DNA of 64,000 bases from Hormiphora californensis (lineage: Eukaryota > Animalia > Ctenophora), in assembly GCA_020137815.1 (NCBI GenBank), contig CM035351.1, positions 1,736,001-1,800,000 of the forward strand. The letters run 5' to 3'. The notes under the pieces were generated by a model that saw only the letters and a program-made list of their open reading frames with translations, searched no databases and was not told the origin of the DNA. Of this stretch, positions 62,405 to 64,000 are shown piece by piece; within the stretch, counting starts at the first letter, position 1; each line of letters starts with the position of its first letter. A program made the translations under genes and the position numbers.

Positions 62405-63768
62405 CCTTGTTTTAGAAATTCCCTCGGAAGTGAATCCCCGGAATAAGCCATGCTCTGCTGGTTCTTCAAGATTAGCGGCCGTTTGGGAGCGAGTATTGAC
62501 CGGCTTGAAACGACTGAAAGGAACGGAATTTAAGTCAGAAAATAGTATAACACTCAAACTAAGTTAATTCATCCCCACATGAGTATGCATGGTTATTGTG
62601 TAATGTGTCTACCTGACGAGTAGCTTATCCCTGACTTCTAAATGGTTGAATCTTCTAAGATCCTTGAGGTCTCTGTCTATCATTTTGAGTGGTATCTGGG
62701 GGTCTAGGGATATCTTTGGTAGGAAGGCACCCCGGGGCAGACGACGGAACTTCTTGATATTGATATCTTCGTTATCCACGTCCTGGGAGTGGGAGTTAGA
62801 AAGCAGGAATTGGGGAGTTAGGGAGTTAAAGATTGGACTATTGGAGTACATTGTTAGGTGCAGTGGCCAGTATAGGGCTGTTTTGAAAGGTTGTCACTTG
62901 TCAGAGCATTGTCCTGACAGTGTTAGGCTTATCCAGGGAGTAATTAGTGAACCCTAATGGTGTCGCACGAAGTAGTTTTAGTTATACCTGCATTAGGCGA
63001 AGGAGGGAGTTTTTGAGGCAGTTGATATCTTCAGTTGACCTGATAAGATTATTCATTTCGTGATCAGGTAGCATCATGATGTTCCTTTGCACTACCTTCC
63101 TCTCCTTCCTATACCCCTCTATACTCTCCTCTAGTTGCTCCATCTCCTTCTGGAAACAATTCGATCGGGCCTGCAGCAGGGAGGAGGAAGTTGTTGTTGT
63201 TCAGTTGTATTAGAGAGGGAGAGAAAGAAGAGTCGCGTGAAAGAGAGGGAGAGAGAGAGAGAAAGAAGAGAGGGAGAGAGATGGTGTGTGTAGCTTGACT
63301 TGGTGTATTATATAAATTATAAAGTGACGTGTGGCCATTGTCTCGGGTTCTTCTACTGTCCATTGTAAGCTATGTACCTACGTAAGCTACCTACGTCCAA
63401 CAATCTTGAACTATAAGAGGGAGGGAGTGTAGCAGTTAATATTGTAGCTAGCTAGAGCTTGGGTTGATCTACCGAACCCTCTCAAGTAAAATGCGGGAGC
63501 TTGCGAGGAACAAAGAAAGCCCCTACATGGTCACTATATTCACTAACAATTGAACTACTCATACAGATGAGAAATACTTCCCCCTTACTCAACAAAGAAA
63601 TACATGATCAGATGAGCACTACACCTTTCTCTCATTGTCTAGGACACGAAACTGGAAGTCCAACTGATGCATCACTCGCATGTTCTTCTGTCTCACTCTC
63701 TTCATGTTCCTGAAACTCTGTTCCTGCATCCTCCGACGGGCCTTCAGCCGCTCACCAAAGGAAGACAT
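62405..63768 (-). CDS. Unknown coiled-coil protein; exons ~63768-63625, 63170-62988, 62782-62613, 62513-62406; 3' end unresolved
   Basis: MSSFGERLKARRRMQEQ...NERK|ARSNCFQKEMEQLEESIEG...LLRLMQ|DVDNEDINIKKFRRLPRG...; GT-AG junctions in phase. Confidence 0.55.
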
Positions 63769-64000
63769 AGTGTGGTGGACGGTTAGCAAAAGAAAACGAG
63801 ATAGATTTAATGAGCTCTTGTGAATTGACCTCCTGCGTAGACTGAAAGAGAGGGAGAGAGACATTCCACAGCTTCTTTCTAATCACCGGCAGTTCACATT
63901 GACACACACTCATTGTACTGGCACATTAGGTTGCTCTGGAAACCGCTAAAAAGTGTGATTGTGTACTTGTGGCTACCTGTATGGCGCAGCAGAGCCCATC

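Overview
This is eukaryotic (animal) genomic DNA with compact, short-intron genes, abundant (GA)n microsatellites and many non-autonomous transposons. It is most likely a ctenophore. The 109-bp MITE at 55749-55857 matches, from memory and unverified, a repeat common in Pleurobrachia gene models. Manually spliced genes from left to right: the 3' end of an unknown coiled-coil gene; a three-domain C-type lectin gene (-) hosting a nested antisense pair of small membrane-protein exons; a TIMP/NTR gene; an ANTP-class homeobox gene with two possible first exons; a tightly packed minus-strand run BTB > DDX55 > MRPL27-like > DIMT1 > AAMP; a plus-strand run PRUNE > SSR4 > SSR1 > SEC61B; WEE1 (-); EDC3 > GT31-like > SERP1 (+); and an unknown gene (-). 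The main finding is two functionally coherent operon-like clusters, one for ribosome biogenesis and one for the ER translocon (TRAP-delta, TRAP-alpha, Sec61-beta, with RAMP4 nearby). Their genes are separated by roughly 170-460 bp and each carries a splice acceptor just before the ATG, the pattern expected for SL trans-spliced polycistrons. Other findings: a motif shared by both divergent strand-switch regions; a 1.34-kb near-perfect palindromic CAC...GTG element inserted between the branch point and acceptor of a DDX55 intron; RLE non-LTR retrotransposon fragments with similar target sites; and repeated duplication of splice sites. Several single-base frameshifts in conserved genes are probably sequencing errors. 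All exon structures were read by eye.
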